64,000 bases of DNA from an uncultured Gemmatimonadales bacterium (lineage in GTDB: Bacteria; Gemmatimonadota; Gemmatimonadetes; Gemmatimonadales; GWC2-71-9): assembly GCA_963704015.1 (NCBI GenBank), contig CAVPGI010000002.1:36537-100536 (forward strand), read 5' to 3'. Position numbers and translations under genes: made by a program. Shown in pieces: positions 48,367-58,665 of this stretch (positions within the stretch are counted from its first letter, which is position 1; the number at the start of each line of letters is the position of its first letter). The notes beneath the pieces are model-generated. The model was not told the DNA's origin. It searched no databases and worked only from the letters and a program-made list of their open reading frames with translations.

Positions 48367-50714
48367 CATTTCTGCGTCGCCTGGCAACTTCCGTGAGTCA
48401 CCCGCGCATGCGCCTTTTTTCCCGTGGTTTCTCCCGCCCCATTGTCCGTTCGACGCCTGCCGCGGTCGCACGTCGCCTTCGCGTGGTCGGTGGAGGCCTC
48501 CTGGTGCTCCTCGGTTGGGCCGGACCCAGCCGGCTCGCGGCACAGCAGAACGTGGTCGAGCTCGAGGTCCAGCAGGATTCCCTGGTGCTCAAGGTGGGTC
48601 AGCGGGCGGGCCTGAGCGTGCAGGCCTTCGACGATAAGGGAAACGTGGTGTTGGCGGTCAAGTATCGATCGTCGGACGAGGGCGTGATTCGCGTCGCACC
48701 CAACGGCACGGTGACCGGCGTGGCGCCGGGCGTGGCCCAGGTGGTGGTGCAGGCGGGCCGGAAGTCCAAGAACGTGCGGGTCACCGTGACCGGCGCCGCG
48801 CCGGCCCCCGATTCTACCCGACGCCCTGCCCCCGCCGAGGCGGCCCCCGCCACACCCCGGGGGCCCCCGGTGGCCAGCCTGTCCATCGTGCCGTCCACCA
48901 TCTATCTGCTGCCGGCGGAGAACCTCCGGGTCGTGGCGCGGGGGGCCACCGCGGACGGCACCTCGTTGGGTCCCGTCAAGGTCACTTGGAAATCCCTGCT
49001 CCCCGACGTGGCCGGATTGGTGGACAGCACCGGGATGGTGGCCGGGGTTTCCCCGGGCCAGGGTGTGCTGGCGGCCACGGCGCCCGGTGGTGCCACCGCC
49101 ACCGTGCCTGTGGTGGTGGCCCTGACCGAATACGCGTTCACCATCAATCAGCTGGTGCTCTCGCCCGAGCGTTCGGAGACCCTGCACGTGGTGGTGCCCA
49201 CCCAGCAGAACCGGGAGCTCCGGAGCACCGACCTGCAGTGGAAATCCAACGACCCCGACATCGTTCGAATCGGTCCCAATGGCGTCGCTCAGGCGGTGGC
49301 TCCCGGTAAGACCGAGATCGTGGTCAGCGGGTTTCTCCAGGAGCGACACCTGCCGGTCGTCGTCCATCGGCCCATCTCCACCTTCTTTCTGACGCCGGAT
49401 CCCGGGGTGCCGGTGCAGGTGCCGTTACTGGCGACAAAGATCTTCACGGTCCGGGCCGAGGGCGCCGACTCGACCCCGGTCGCCGACGTGGTGTACGACT
49501 GGAACGTGGGCGATACCGCGGTGGTGAGCTTCGACCCTGCTACCCTCACGCTCCGGGCCGAGCAGGTGGGCACTACGACGCTCAGTTTCGTCGTGAAAGG
49601 CTTCAAGCCGGTGGGCTGGGCCATCCGCGTGGTGTCCGGCGCCGTCGGCCTCAGCCCTGCGCGGTTGTCATTGAGCCCGGGCGGCAAGAGCAAGATCACG
49701 GCGACACTCTTCGACAGCGCGGGCCGCTCGATCGGCCCGGCCAGCGACGTGAAATGGACCACCAGCGCGGCCACCGTGGCCACGGTCGCCGAAGACGGGA
49801 CCGTGCAGGCGGTCGGATTGGGCGCGGCCAACGTCACTGCCACCATTCCCGGCGGGAAGGCCGCCGCGGCCCAAGTCTTCGTCGTGGGCGACCTCCTGGT
49901 CAGTTCCACCCGCCGGACCGGGCGGCTCGGCCTGTACCACCTGCTCAAGACCGCTCCCGCCGATTGGCATCCGCTGATCGTCGATGGGGCCACCAACATG
50001 CAGGGCGTGTTCTCTCCGGACCGCCAGCGGATCGCGTTCAGCTCCGAGCGGGGTGAGGCCGGCAATCTCGACATCTATGTCGCCGACGCCAACGGCCAGG
50101 ACATCCATCGCCTGACCACCGAGCCGGGGCCCGACAACGGAGTCGCCTGGACGCCGGACGCCAAGCAGCTGGTCTTCGGCTCGCTCAGGTCCAAGATCAA
50201 CCAGCTCTACGTCATGAACGCCGACGGCAGCCAGGTCCGGCCCTTGACCAGCTCCCCGGGCGGCAACTGGGACCCGACCATTTCCCCCGATGGCGCCAAG
50301 GTGGCCTTCACCTCGCGCCGCGACGGCAACGACGAGATCTACCTCGGCGATCTCGCCGGCGGCGCCCAGACCAACCTCACGCAGACCAAGGATCGCAACG
50401 AGACCTTCCCGCATTTTCTCCCCAATGGAGACCTGGTCTTTCTCGTGGAGCGTAAGGAGGGGAATCCCCATTACCAGATCGTGCGCATGGCCCAGGGCGC
50501 CCGCACGACCACCCCGATCGTGACCAGCGAATTCATGATCACCACCCTGGGGGTCTCCCGGGATGGCGAGTCGCTGGCCTACGTCGTCTCACGGGTGACC
50601 GACAAGAGCACCGGAGCCATCGAATTCTCCCTCTTCCTCCAGCCCATCGCCGGCGGCTCCCCGGTCCTGGTGCCCCTGCAACCGGGAGAGCGTATCGCGA
50701 GCGTGGAGTTTTGA
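48363..50714 (+). CDS. Secreted protein with multiple bacterial Ig-like (Big_2) repeats and a C-terminal TolB-like beta-propeller
   Basis: Repeated ...VAPG.A.V.V..G...V.V.V blocks; C-terminal SPDG/WTPDAKQLVF propeller blades. Confidence 0.6.
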   Translation: MTFLRRLATSVSHPRMRLFSRGFSRPIVRSTPAAVARRLRVVGGGLLVLLGWAGPSRLAAQQNVVELEVQQDSLVLKVGQRAGLSVQAFDDKGNVVLAVKYRSSDEGVIRVAPNGTVTGVAPGVAQVVVQAGRKSKNVRVTVTGAAPAPDSTRRPAPAEAAPATPRGPPVASLSIVPSTIYLLPAENLRVVARGATADGTSLGPVKVTWKSLLPDVAGLVDSTGMVAGVSPGQGVLAATAPGGATATVPVVVALTEYAFTINQLVLSPERSETLHVVVPTQQNRELRSTDLQWKSNDPDIVRIGPNGVAQAVAPGKTEIVVSGFLQERHLPVVVHRPISTFFLTPDPGVPVQVPLLATKIFTVRAEGADSTPVADVVYDWNVGDTAVVSFDPATLTLRAEQVGTTTLSFVVKGFKPVGWAIRVVSGAVGLSPARLSLSPGGKSKITATLFDSAGRSIGPASDVKWTTSAATVATVAEDGTVQAVGLGAANVTATIPGGKAAAAQVFVVGDLLVSSTRRTGRLGLYHLLKTAPADWHPLIVDGATNMQGVFSPDRQRIAFSSERGEAGNLDIYVADANGQDIHRLTTEPGPDNGVAWTPDAKQLVFGSLRSKINQLYVMNADGSQVRPLTSSPGGNWDPTISPDGAKVAFTSRRDGNDEIYLGDLAGGAQTNLTQTKDRNETFPHFLPNGDLVFLVERKEGNPHYQIVRMAQGARTTTPIVTSEFMITTLGVSRDGESLAYVVSRVTDKSTGAIEFSLFLQPIAGGSPVLVPLQPGERIASVEF

Positions 50715-51751
50715 GGGCGCTCACGCTGACTGCTGTCGGCAGCCTCGACGCCCTGCAGGTTCAGGACGTCCCCCCGCCGCCGCAACCCCAATCCGATCAG
50801 GTGCTGGTCAAGGTGCGGGCCGTGGCCCTGAACCGGCTCGACCTCTTCGTGGTGGACGGCCTCCCGGGAACCACGCTCAAGTTCCCGCACATCGTCTGCT
50901 CGGATGCCAGCGGCGTGGTGGAAGCGGTCGGGTCCGGTGTGGTGGGGTTCAAAGCGGGCCAGCGTGTCATGGTGAACCCCGGGCTCTCGTGCTACTCCTG
51001 CGAATACTGCCTGAGAGGGGATCACTCGCTGTGTCGCACCTTCGCCATGCTGGGCGAGCATGTCCCCGGTGCCGCGGCCGAGCTGATCCTGGTGCCGGCC
51101 CGGAATCTGGCGGCGGTTCCCCCCGAGATGCCGTGGGACCAGGCGGCCGCCTTTTCTCTCGCCACCCTGACCGCCTGGCGGATGCTGGTCCACCGAGCGG
51201 CGCTTCATGCGGGTGAGACGGTCGTGATCTGGGGCATCGGGGGTGGCGTCTCCCTGGCTGCGCTCCAGATTGCCAAGCTGCTGGGAGCTCGGGCCATCGT
51301 TACCAGCTCCTCCGACACCAAGCTGGCCTCGGCCGCCGCGCTGGGAGCGGACACCGGCCTCAATCACGGCACCAGCAACGTGCCCCAGGAGGTTCGTCGC
51401 CTCACCGGCGGCCGCGGGGCCGACGTCGTGGTCGACAACGTGGGCGAGCAGACCTGGACCGATTCGCTGAGGTGTCTGGGCCGAGGCGGCCGGTTGGTCA
51501 CCTGCGGGGCCACCACCGGCCCCATGTGCGTCACCGATGTGCGCAAGTTGTTCTGGTATCAGTGGTCGATCCTCGGGTCCACCATGGGCGGGCACGAGGA
51601 GTATCAGGAGATCGTTCGGGTGGCGGCCATGGGAAAGCTCTGGCCCAAAGTGGACCGCGTCTTCCCGCTGGCCGAAGGCCGCGCGGCCTTCGACCGCCTG
51701 AAGGAAGGGGCCCAACTGGGCAAGATCGTGATCGAGGTGAGCCGTGACTGA
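50711..51751 (+). CDS. Zinc-binding alcohol dehydrogenase / quinone oxidoreductase (MDR family)
   Basis: GVVEAVGSGV...GQRVMVNPGLSC; VIWGIGGGVSLAALQIAKLLGAR Rossmann. Confidence 0.7.
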   Translation: MRALTLTAVGSLDALQVQDVPPPPQPQSDQVLVKVRAVALNRLDLFVVDGLPGTTLKFPHIVCSDASGVVEAVGSGVVGFKAGQRVMVNPGLSCYSCEYCLRGDHSLCRTFAMLGEHVPGAAAELILVPARNLAAVPPEMPWDQAAAFSLATLTAWRMLVHRAALHAGETVVIWGIGGGVSLAALQIAKLLGARAIVTSSSDTKLASAAALGADTGLNHGTSNVPQEVRRLTGGRGADVVVDNVGEQTWTDSLRCLGRGGRLVTCGATTGPMCVTDVRKLFWYQWSILGSTMGGHEEYQEIVRVAAMGKLWPKVDRVFPLAEGRAAFDRLKEGAQLGKIVIEVSRD

Positions 51752-52460
51752 GCTATGGGATCGTCTGGTCGATGGCGCCGCGGAGCTGGGAGCCGTGCTG
51801 CCGGCCCTCGTCGCCGCGATCGCCATTCTTCTGGCGGGCTATCTGCTGGCCCGCCAGCTGGAACGGTGGGTCGATGGCCTCCTGAAGCGGATGGACTTCA
51901 ACCGGATGGCGGAAGCGGGCGGCCTGAGCGAGGCGGTGGGGCGGGCCCAATCCCAGCTGGATCCGATCCACGCGGTCGGGAAGCTGATGTTCTGGCTCAC
52001 CATGCTGGTGGTGATCCTGCTGGCGAGCTCCGCCCTCGGGCTGGAGAACATCAACCGCATGTTCGGCGTGATGCTGGCCTTCATCCCGACTCTGATCGCC
52101 GGGATCGTAATCGTCATCCTCGGCATCATCGTCGGAGAGTTCGTGCGTGGCCTGATCGTGGCCTCCGCCGGAAGTGTGGGCGGAGTCCCCACCCTGGCCA
52201 AGATCGCCAAGGGCGCCGTGGTCCTGATCTCCGTCTTCATGGCGCTTCAGCAGATGGGTGTCGCGGAGGAGATCGTGACGGCGGCCTTCACGCTGATCCT
52301 GGGCGCCGTCGCCCTCGCGGCCGGCTTGGCCTTCGGCTTGGGGAATCGTGACCTGGCCGGCGAGATCACCCGCCGGTGGTACGAGGAGGGACGGAAGAAG
52401 GGACAGGCGGAGCCCAAGGCGAAGGAGCCTCCCGCGGGCGAGCCGCCGATGCTCGACTGA
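51744..52460 (+). CDS. Membrane protein (CmpX / MscS-like TM-helix protein), hypothetical
   Basis: Four TM helices, charged C-terminus. Confidence 0.45.
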   Translation: MTELWDRLVDGAAELGAVLPALVAAIAILLAGYLLARQLERWVDGLLKRMDFNRMAEAGGLSEAVGRAQSQLDPIHAVGKLMFWLTMLVVILLASSALGLENINRMFGVMLAFIPTLIAGIVIVILGIIVGEFVRGLIVASAGSVGGVPTLAKIAKGAVVLISVFMALQQMGVAEEIVTAAFTLILGAVALAAGLAFGLGNRDLAGEITRRWYEEGRKKGQAEPKAKEPPAGEPPMLD

Positions 52461-52469
52461 TTCCTCGCC

Positions 52470-53573
52470 TCAGCGCAGGTGGAACCGCGCCACCTGCTGC
52501 CTTCCATCTCCCGAACGGAGCGCCAGGTAGATCGCACCCTTCTCCCCGAAGCCGGCGAGCGACGCTCCGACCGGCAGCTCCACCACCCGGACCCGCTTCC
52601 CATCTCCCCCCATCACGTCATACACCGGGATCGTATCGTCCACCAATCGGGTTCGCTGCAGCCAGACCTCGTGGTCACCGCCACCCACCGCCATGGCGAA
52701 CGGCGGCTTGAAATCGGCGAACGGATACCGGATATCGAGCGCGGTGGGCAGTCCGCTGCGGTGCGCGGCGTCCATGAAGCGATCCTTGTCTTCCTTCGTG
52801 ACCCTGATCTTCTCGTACGGCGAGGGCTCGCCGTGCGTCCAGGTCCCGTTGGGAGCGCGCCAGTCCAGGCTGTTGGTCGTGGCCCGAGCCACCCAGAGCG
52901 AGCCGTCCGGCGTGACGCCGAAGAGGTCGTTGGGCGAGAAGATCACCGCGACCTGCTTGATCTCCTCTCCGAACTTCCCCTGGCCGATCTGTGGGATCCG
53001 CAGGCGCGCGACCGTGTCTGCCGAGGAGTCCTCGCGCGCGTAGCGCAACACGGGAGCGCTGTCCACCGCGTACGCGCGACCCGGCTCGATCCCGCCCAGA
53101 ATCGAGCGGTAGTCCGCCTTGTAGGCATACCCCATGGTGTCGTAGTTGAGCGGCGGATTGGTGCCCCCCAGCGGCCAGGTCCGGAGCACGGTCAAGAACT
53201 TCCCCTGTTCGCTCCAGAGGCTGGTTCGCTCCACCGCGTAGTCGACCAGGCCCAGGGTGTCTCCCCGGAACCGCAGCACGTGGCCGGGCAATTTGTACTT
53301 GCCGGGCGCGGGATCGCCTCGACGGAGCGAGTCGCTCTGTACGCCGACCGTGTCGACCCGGCCGCTGAAGTCCACCAGCAGGAACCGGCGGTCCCGGAGA
53401 TCGCCCAGGGCCAGGCGCCCGTCTCGCAGCTCGACCACGTTGCTCACCTGCCCAAAACTCAGGGGCAGGACGGCGTCGGGGGTAGTCAGCACCACCCGGG
53501 CCTCCTGGTCCCCATGACCACAGGCCGCCAACGCGACGAGAACCAGCGTCCTCAACGTGCCGAACCGCTTCAT
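52470..53573 (-). CDS. Lipoprotein, hypothetical (paralogue A)
   Basis: Lipobox LVALAAC; paralogous to the next gene. Confidence 0.5.
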   Translation of the reverse strand: MKRFGTLRTLVLVALAACGHGDQEARVVLTTPDAVLPLSFGQVSNVVELRDGRLALGDLRDRRFLLVDFSGRVDTVGVQSDSLRRGDPAPGKYKLPGHVLRFRGDTLGLVDYAVERTSLWSEQGKFLTVLRTWPLGGTNPPLNYDTMGYAYKADYRSILGGIEPGRAYAVDSAPVLRYAREDSSADTVARLRIPQIGQGKFGEEIKQVAVIFSPNDLFGVTPDGSLWVARATTNSLDWRAPNGTWTHGEPSPYEKIRVTKEDKDRFMDAAHRSGLPTALDIRYPFADFKPPFAMAVGGGDHEVWLQRTRLVDDTIPVYDVMGGDGKRVRVVELPVGASLAGFGEKGAIYLALRSGDGRQQVARFHLR

Positions 53574-53617
53574 CTCCAACCTCCTCGAAAGCTTCATCAC
53601 CGTATCGCCGCCGTTCA

Positions 53618-54682
53618 TCATGGCGGAATCTGATATCGCAGCAACCGGACCCCGTTTTCGAACGGCTCCGCGACGATGGCCACGCTGGCGCTCACAGCAA
53701 TCACGTGCCCCAGCCCCGGATGGCGCAGGACCCGGGATAACCGGCCGGTTCGATCCACGACGTGGTAGCTCCGCACCGAATCCCCGATGGCCCGGCTCTT
53801 TTCCAGCCAGACCTTTTCATCGGGAGCGGCCCGGGCCGACTCGAACGGCGGCTTGACCAACGCGAAGGGCATCTTCTCGGCCGGGCCCCGAAGCTCCGGT
53901 GGAAACCGGCTCAGGAACACTTCGCGGTCCGCGTCGGTGACGGTGAGCGCTCGGTCGGGCAGCAGCGCTCCCTTGGTGACGGTTCCCGTCCGCGCGATCC
54001 AATCCACCCGGTTCTGGTACACCCGTGCCACCCAGACGGTGCCATCCGACAACACGCCCCAGCGATCGGTGCCGCTCAACACCCGTCGCTCGTAACGAGG
54101 CCCGGCATCCCCACTGACCTGGGCCAATTCCAGGGGCGCCAGCCGGGTCACGGTATCGATCCGCGACAGATCGGGACTCGCGCGGAGTACGGCGGCCGAA
54201 TCGCGGTTGCCGCTTCCATCGGGTCCGGGCAGGGGACCCAGCTCGAGGTAGAACCACCCCTGTGCGTCCCGACCTCGGGGCTGCACCCCTCGAAGCCCCG
54301 CCCGCTGCGGAATCGCACCTACCGGCTTGAGGCTCAGGGACAGGATCGTCGCGCGCCCCAGGCCCCAATCGTCCACCACCAACGAGTCTCCGGCCCGAAA
54401 CACCCCGTACGGTTGGCGATAGGTTGCGGCCTTGCCGGTTCCGCGCGGCAACTCCGTTGCGCGCCGGGTTCCGAAATCGACCAGCAGCAGCACTCCTTCG
54501 CCTGGGGCGACGGCCAGCCACCGGTCGTCGGAAAGCCACGCCGCCTCGGGAATCTCCGTGTACGGAGTGGAGATAGTATCGCCGGTCGGTCTCAGGTCCA
54601 CTGGAGGAACCGTGGGCCGAGGCCGGCCGCAGGCCAACGCGAGCGGGACCGCCACCAGGGCGGCTCGACCAAACCAGCTCAT
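53618..54682 (-). CDS. Lipoprotein, hypothetical (paralogue B)
   Basis: Lipobox PLALAC; shared LLVDF.../VWVARV/PPF motifs with paralogue A. Confidence 0.5.
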   Translation of the reverse strand: MSWFGRAALVAVPLALACGRPRPTVPPVDLRPTGDTISTPYTEIPEAAWLSDDRWLAVAPGEGVLLLVDFGTRRATELPRGTGKAATYRQPYGVFRAGDSLVVDDWGLGRATILSLSLKPVGAIPQRAGLRGVQPRGRDAQGWFYLELGPLPGPDGSGNRDSAAVLRASPDLSRIDTVTRLAPLELAQVSGDAGPRYERRVLSGTDRWGVLSDGTVWVARVYQNRVDWIARTGTVTKGALLPDRALTVTDADREVFLSRFPPELRGPAEKMPFALVKPPFESARAAPDEKVWLEKSRAIGDSVRSYHVVDRTGRLSRVLRHPGLGHVIAVSASVAIVAEPFENGVRLLRYQIPP

Positions 54683-54772
54683 GGGGGGACGAATGATAAC
54701 CTGGAGCGGCGGGGACGTCAGGCGGGAACCGCAGGGAGGGAGGCGCCACGGCCTCAGCTCCCTTCCTTCGAC

Positions 54773-55585
54773 TTACCGGCGGACCAGCAGCTCCTCGAAC
54801 AGGTCCAGGGCCCGCGGATCGTTCGATTGCCCCAACCAGAACAATGCGTCACGTCGGATCTGGGGATCCCGGTCGGTGCGTGCGAGACGAATCAGGATGG
54901 GTACCCCTTCGCTTTGCGGGCGCTGCGAGAGAGCGAAGACCGCCGCCTGGCGGATCTCGCGGTCGCCCTTGGGGTCGGTGGCCAGCGAATCCAGGCCCCG
55001 CGTGGCCGCCGTCCCGGCCGCTTGGCCGAGCCAGAAGATCGCCTGGTTGCGAGTGTCGCGGGCCAAGTCTGGTTTCCTGGCGAGCCGGAGCAGGTCGGGC
55101 CAGACGGTGACGCTGTCGGCCAGCACCACCGGGAAGACCGCCTCGGATCCGGCCGCTCGATTGAATTCGGCCAGATCGAGGAGGTAGCGCACCGCGTTGG
55201 CGGTGGAAACCGGACCCAGGTCGGTAGTAGCCCGTCCCGGCGCGCTATCGCCCCCGACGGCGGTCCGTACCTCGGTGACCTGGTGGGCGCGCACCGAGAG
55301 AATCACGCGCACGGGGCCCGCCTGACAGGGGCAGGGGTCGCCGTGGTCGTCATCCACCGAGAACTCTCGTCGGGAGATCCACATGGTGCGGTGGTCGTTG
55401 CGGATCATAGAGTGCCCGTCGCCACAGATGCCCGGGCGGGCGGCAAAGCTGATCCGCACGTCGCCATCGGGAGCCGCCGCCACCCGGGCGGCGATGCTCT
55501 GGGCCTCGACCCCCATGGGGATCGCCCCCATCAGGCAAGCGAGGACCAGGCCTCCGCACGTCGTCGAGTGTCGCCGCCCCATCAC
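54773..55585 (-). CDS. Secreted HEAT / PBS-lyase-repeat protein
   Basis: Repeated R..A.FWLGQ / A.FAL.Q units. Confidence 0.55.
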   Translation of the reverse strand: MMGRRHSTTCGGLVLACLMGAIPMGVEAQSIAARVAAAPDGDVRISFAARPGICGDGHSMIRNDHRTMWISRREFSVDDDHGDPCPCQAGPVRVILSVRAHQVTEVRTAVGGDSAPGRATTDLGPVSTANAVRYLLDLAEFNRAAGSEAVFPVVLADSVTVWPDLLRLARKPDLARDTRNQAIFWLGQAAGTAATRGLDSLATDPKGDREIRQAAVFALSQRPQSEGVPILIRLARTDRDPQIRRDALFWLGQSNDPRALDLFEELLVRR

Positions 55586-57048
55586 TGCTCCAGGATATCC
55601 TGCAGCAGCTGCGCCACCCGAGGATCGTGAGACTGCGAGACCCAGAACAACGCCTTCTTGCGCATCTCTTTATCGGGATCGGTCTTGGCGATCTCGATGA
55701 GCTTGTCCACCGCCGCCTTTTCGTTCCGTTGCGAGAAGACGAAGATCAGCTGTTCCTTCATCTCTGGTTCCTTCAGACGGCCGTAGAGGGCGGTCAGCTC
55801 CTCCATCGACACGCCACTCTGTCCGGCCCAGAACAGGGCCTTCTTCCGCATCTCTATGGTCTCGGTCCCGTCCTGGGCCACGTCGAGCAGCCAGCGCTTG
55901 GAGTCCGGGTCCCGGGTCTGGGAGAGTGAGAAGAGGATCTTCTCCTTGACCTGATCGCTCTTGGTCCGCTTGAACAGCCCGCGCAGGAATTCCGCATTCT
56001 CCCGGCCGCCCTGCTGTCCCAACCAGAACACGGCTTCCTCCTGCACGTCCTCGCTCACGTCGGGCCGCTGGGCGTAGGACCGGAGTGCCTGGGCGGCTTT
56101 GGGGCTCCGAGTCTGGGACAGGGCGAAGAGCGCTTTCTTCTGGATCTCCTCGTCCTTGGAGGCCTGGAGAATCGAATCCAGGGCGCTCACCGCCCGCTCG
56201 GTGCCCACCTGCGAGAGCCAGAACACTGCCTGCTCCCGGACTTCGGCGTCGGGATCGGAGCGCACTGCGTCGAGCAGGATGCTCTCGGTCTCATCCGTCT
56301 TCTTCTGGGAGACGAGGAACACCGCCTTGCGCCGGAGGCACACGGCTGCGTCGTCCCGCCGGGCCAGGACCTTCTTGAGAATCGGCATCGCCCGCTCGGA
56401 ATCCATCTGCAAGAGGGCGTTGAGCGCCGCGATGCGGGTGTCGTCCTCCTCGTCGCAGTCGTCGCTCGAGACGTGATAGCGGGGTCCCGGGGGAGCTGGT
56501 GGCGCTGGAGGTGCCGGAGGTGCGGGTGGTGCCGGAGGCGCGGGCGGCGCCGGGGGCGCCGGCGGTACGGCGGCCTCGCCCGCGGAGCGGGTGATGTCCT
56601 CGGCCGCGTTGAGATCCCCGCGACGCGCCAACTCTCCGCGGATTCTGATGTTGAGGGCGGCCGCATCACCCCTGGTGCCCGCCTTGGGATACGAACGCTG
56701 TTGCGTGTCCAATAGCTTTATGGCGGTCTTGAGCTCCTCGGTACCGCCCACGCGATAGAGCGCGAACGCCTGCCAGTAGAGCGCATCTCCGGCATAGACC
56801 GACTTGGGATAGCGCTTGACGATCTGGCCGAACAGATCGGCCGAGCGCCGGTAGTTGTTCTTGTTGAGTGCCTCGCGAGCCGCGCGGTACAGGCTGTCGG
56901 CGGGATCCTTCTGGGCCCAAGGAGCGGGAGGATCTGTGGTGTGCACCGTGGCCCGGCCCCCGACGGACAACTCCACCTGGGCCTGGCTGGTCGCTACCAG
57001 CGCCGCCGACATGGCGGCGATCCCCATCAACCACACGAATCGAGACAT
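55582..57048 (-). CDS. Secreted HEAT-repeat protein with (PAPPAP)n linker
   Basis: PAPPAPPAPPAPPAPPAPPAPPAPPG tract (DNA 56480-56580); nine A.FWLSQ-type repeats. Confidence 0.55.
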   Translation of the reverse strand: MSRFVWLMGIAAMSAALVATSQAQVELSVGGRATVHTTDPPAPWAQKDPADSLYRAAREALNKNNYRRSADLFGQIVKRYPKSVYAGDALYWQAFALYRVGGTEELKTAIKLLDTQQRSYPKAGTRGDAAALNIRIRGELARRGDLNAAEDITRSAGEAAVPPAPPAPPAPPAPPAPPAPPAPPAPPGPRYHVSSDDCDEEDDTRIAALNALLQMDSERAMPILKKVLARRDDAAVCLRRKAVFLVSQKKTDETESILLDAVRSDPDAEVREQAVFWLSQVGTERAVSALDSILQASKDEEIQKKALFALSQTRSPKAAQALRSYAQRPDVSEDVQEEAVFWLGQQGGRENAEFLRGLFKRTKSDQVKEKILFSLSQTRDPDSKRWLLDVAQDGTETIEMRKKALFWAGQSGVSMEELTALYGRLKEPEMKEQLIFVFSQRNEKAAVDKLIEIAKTDPDKEMRKKALFWVSQSHDPRVAQLLQDILEQ

Positions 57049-57704
57049 CAGCTTTTCCCCTCCACCGGGCCGGGCCCGGTTCCGGACGGAATCGCCGACC
57101 GCAACCGGGGTAGCAGCCCACGCTGGTTCAGACCTTCAGTGATGAAACCCGGTCTGGCGCTCGGTCCCTCCGCAGCGAGTTGATTGATCTGGGCCAGAAT
57201 CAGCTCCAGGTCCTCCAACAGGAGTCGCATGCTGGGATCGGTCAGCTGGGGCGAGTCGAGCAACAAGCGCGTGTTCATGAGCAGGTCGCCCGCCGTCGCC
57301 GAGAATTGAGCCGAAGCCTGCTCGGTGGCCGCCTCGCGGCGGAAGCCGGTCAGGAAGGCTTCGGTGCGGCTGAGGTGCTGAGTCGCCGCCAGAGTCAGGG
57401 CCAGGTCGGAGGTCTGCCGGACCGCGGCCAGGTCTTCTCCGGTGCCTCGATTGCTGTGCCTGACCGAGAGCCGGCCGATCCCGATACCGAGGAGCAGCAG
57501 CGCCGCGATGGCGGCGGGCCACGCGAGCCAGCGGATGGGTGGGCGACCGGCGGGACGAATGGTGAAGCGGTCCGCCTGGTTGGCCCGGCGGGCCTCTTGC
57601 ACGCGGGCCCAGATTTCCTCGCGCGGGGTCTCGGGCGGCCGATGGTAGTCGGCAGCCGCCCCCTTGAGAAACTCCTCGAATCGGTCGTCGGTCACTGGAT
57701 CCAC
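57048..57704 (-). CDS. Anti-sigma factor (single-pass membrane)
   Basis: Cotranslationally coupled to the sigma factor; central TM WLAWPAAIAALLLLGIGIG. Confidence 0.55.
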   Translation of the reverse strand: MDPVTDDRFEEFLKGAAADYHRPPETPREEIWARVQEARRANQADRFTIRPAGRPPIRWLAWPAAIAALLLLGIGIGRLSVRHSNRGTGEDLAAVRQTSDLALTLAATQHLSRTEAFLTGFRREAATEQASAQFSATAGDLLMNTRLLLDSPQLTDPSMRLLLEDLELILAQINQLAAEGPSARPGFITEGLNQRGLLPRLRSAIPSGTGPGPVEGKS

Positions 57705-58234
57705 TCTCCCGCGAACTCGGCCAGGGCCACACGAAGCCGGCCCCGGGCTCTGGACAACTGCGCTTTCGAGGTGCCGACCTCTACCCCGAGCGAGACGGCG
57801 ATCTCCTCGTGGGTGTAGCCCTCGACATCGTGCATCACGAAGACGGCGCGGTAACGATCCGGCAGGGCATCGATCGCTTCCCGGAGCCGGCGCTTGAGGT
57901 CCGGCTCCGCCCTCCGCCCGCCTGACCGCACGCCCTCGCCCAGTTCCAGGTCGGTTTCCCGCTGCCTGAACCGCTTGAGCTTCCGCAGGCCGTTGAGAAC
58001 TACCGATGTCGCTACGGCGCTCAACCAGGTCGAGAAGGCCGACTCACCCCGAAAGTCGCCCAACTTGGAGAAGGCCCGAACAAAGGCCTCCTGAGTGAAG
58101 TCCTCGGCCAGGTGGCTATCTCCCGCCATTCGAAATGCCAATCGATAGACCCGGTCCACGTGCGCCTCGTACAAGGCGCGCTCCGCGGCGGGGTCGCCGG
58201 CCAGAACTCGGGCGATCAGCTCTCGGTCGTCCAC
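57692..58234 (-). CDS. ECF (sigma-70 family) RNA polymerase sigma factor
   Basis: Region 2 (DFTQEAFVRAF) and region 4 (YTHEEIAVSLGVEVGTSKAQLSRAR). Confidence 0.75.
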   Translation of the reverse strand: MDDRELIARVLAGDPAAERALYEAHVDRVYRLAFRMAGDSHLAEDFTQEAFVRAFSKLGDFRGESAFSTWLSAVATSVVLNGLRKLKRFRQRETDLELGEGVRSGGRRAEPDLKRRLREAIDALPDRYRAVFVMHDVEGYTHEEIAVSLGVEVGTSKAQLSRARGRLRVALAEFAGEWIQ

Positions 58235-58665
58235 CGGGCTCCGGAGCGCAGGGTAACTGTTACGTCCGCAACCCTAGACACAGGGGTCGGGGAAAGGGTT
58301 GCGCGGAGATGGGAGGCAACCTTTTGGCGGTAAGTGGCATCAATATGCTGCGCAGGACGAGGCAACCCCAGACCAGGTGGGCATCATGACGGTATCGATC
58401 AGTCTTCGCGATGAGGATGGCTTGGAACTGAGGGACGAGCACGACCGGGTGATCGGCCGGGTCCTCCATCCGATCGGGGTCGCCCCAGTCGGTCCCGGCC
58501 AAGGCGCCGTGTACTTGGTTCGCTCCGGCCCCGGTGCCAACGGCGGATCTGCGAGCTTGGTGGGGTGCCCCAGCCTGCGCCGAAGCCACGCCTGACGCGC
58601 GCGCCGCGCCTGGTGTGTAGGAGGGGGCCGGTTAAGTTTGCCCGGACCCGACTCCGGACCGCCAC

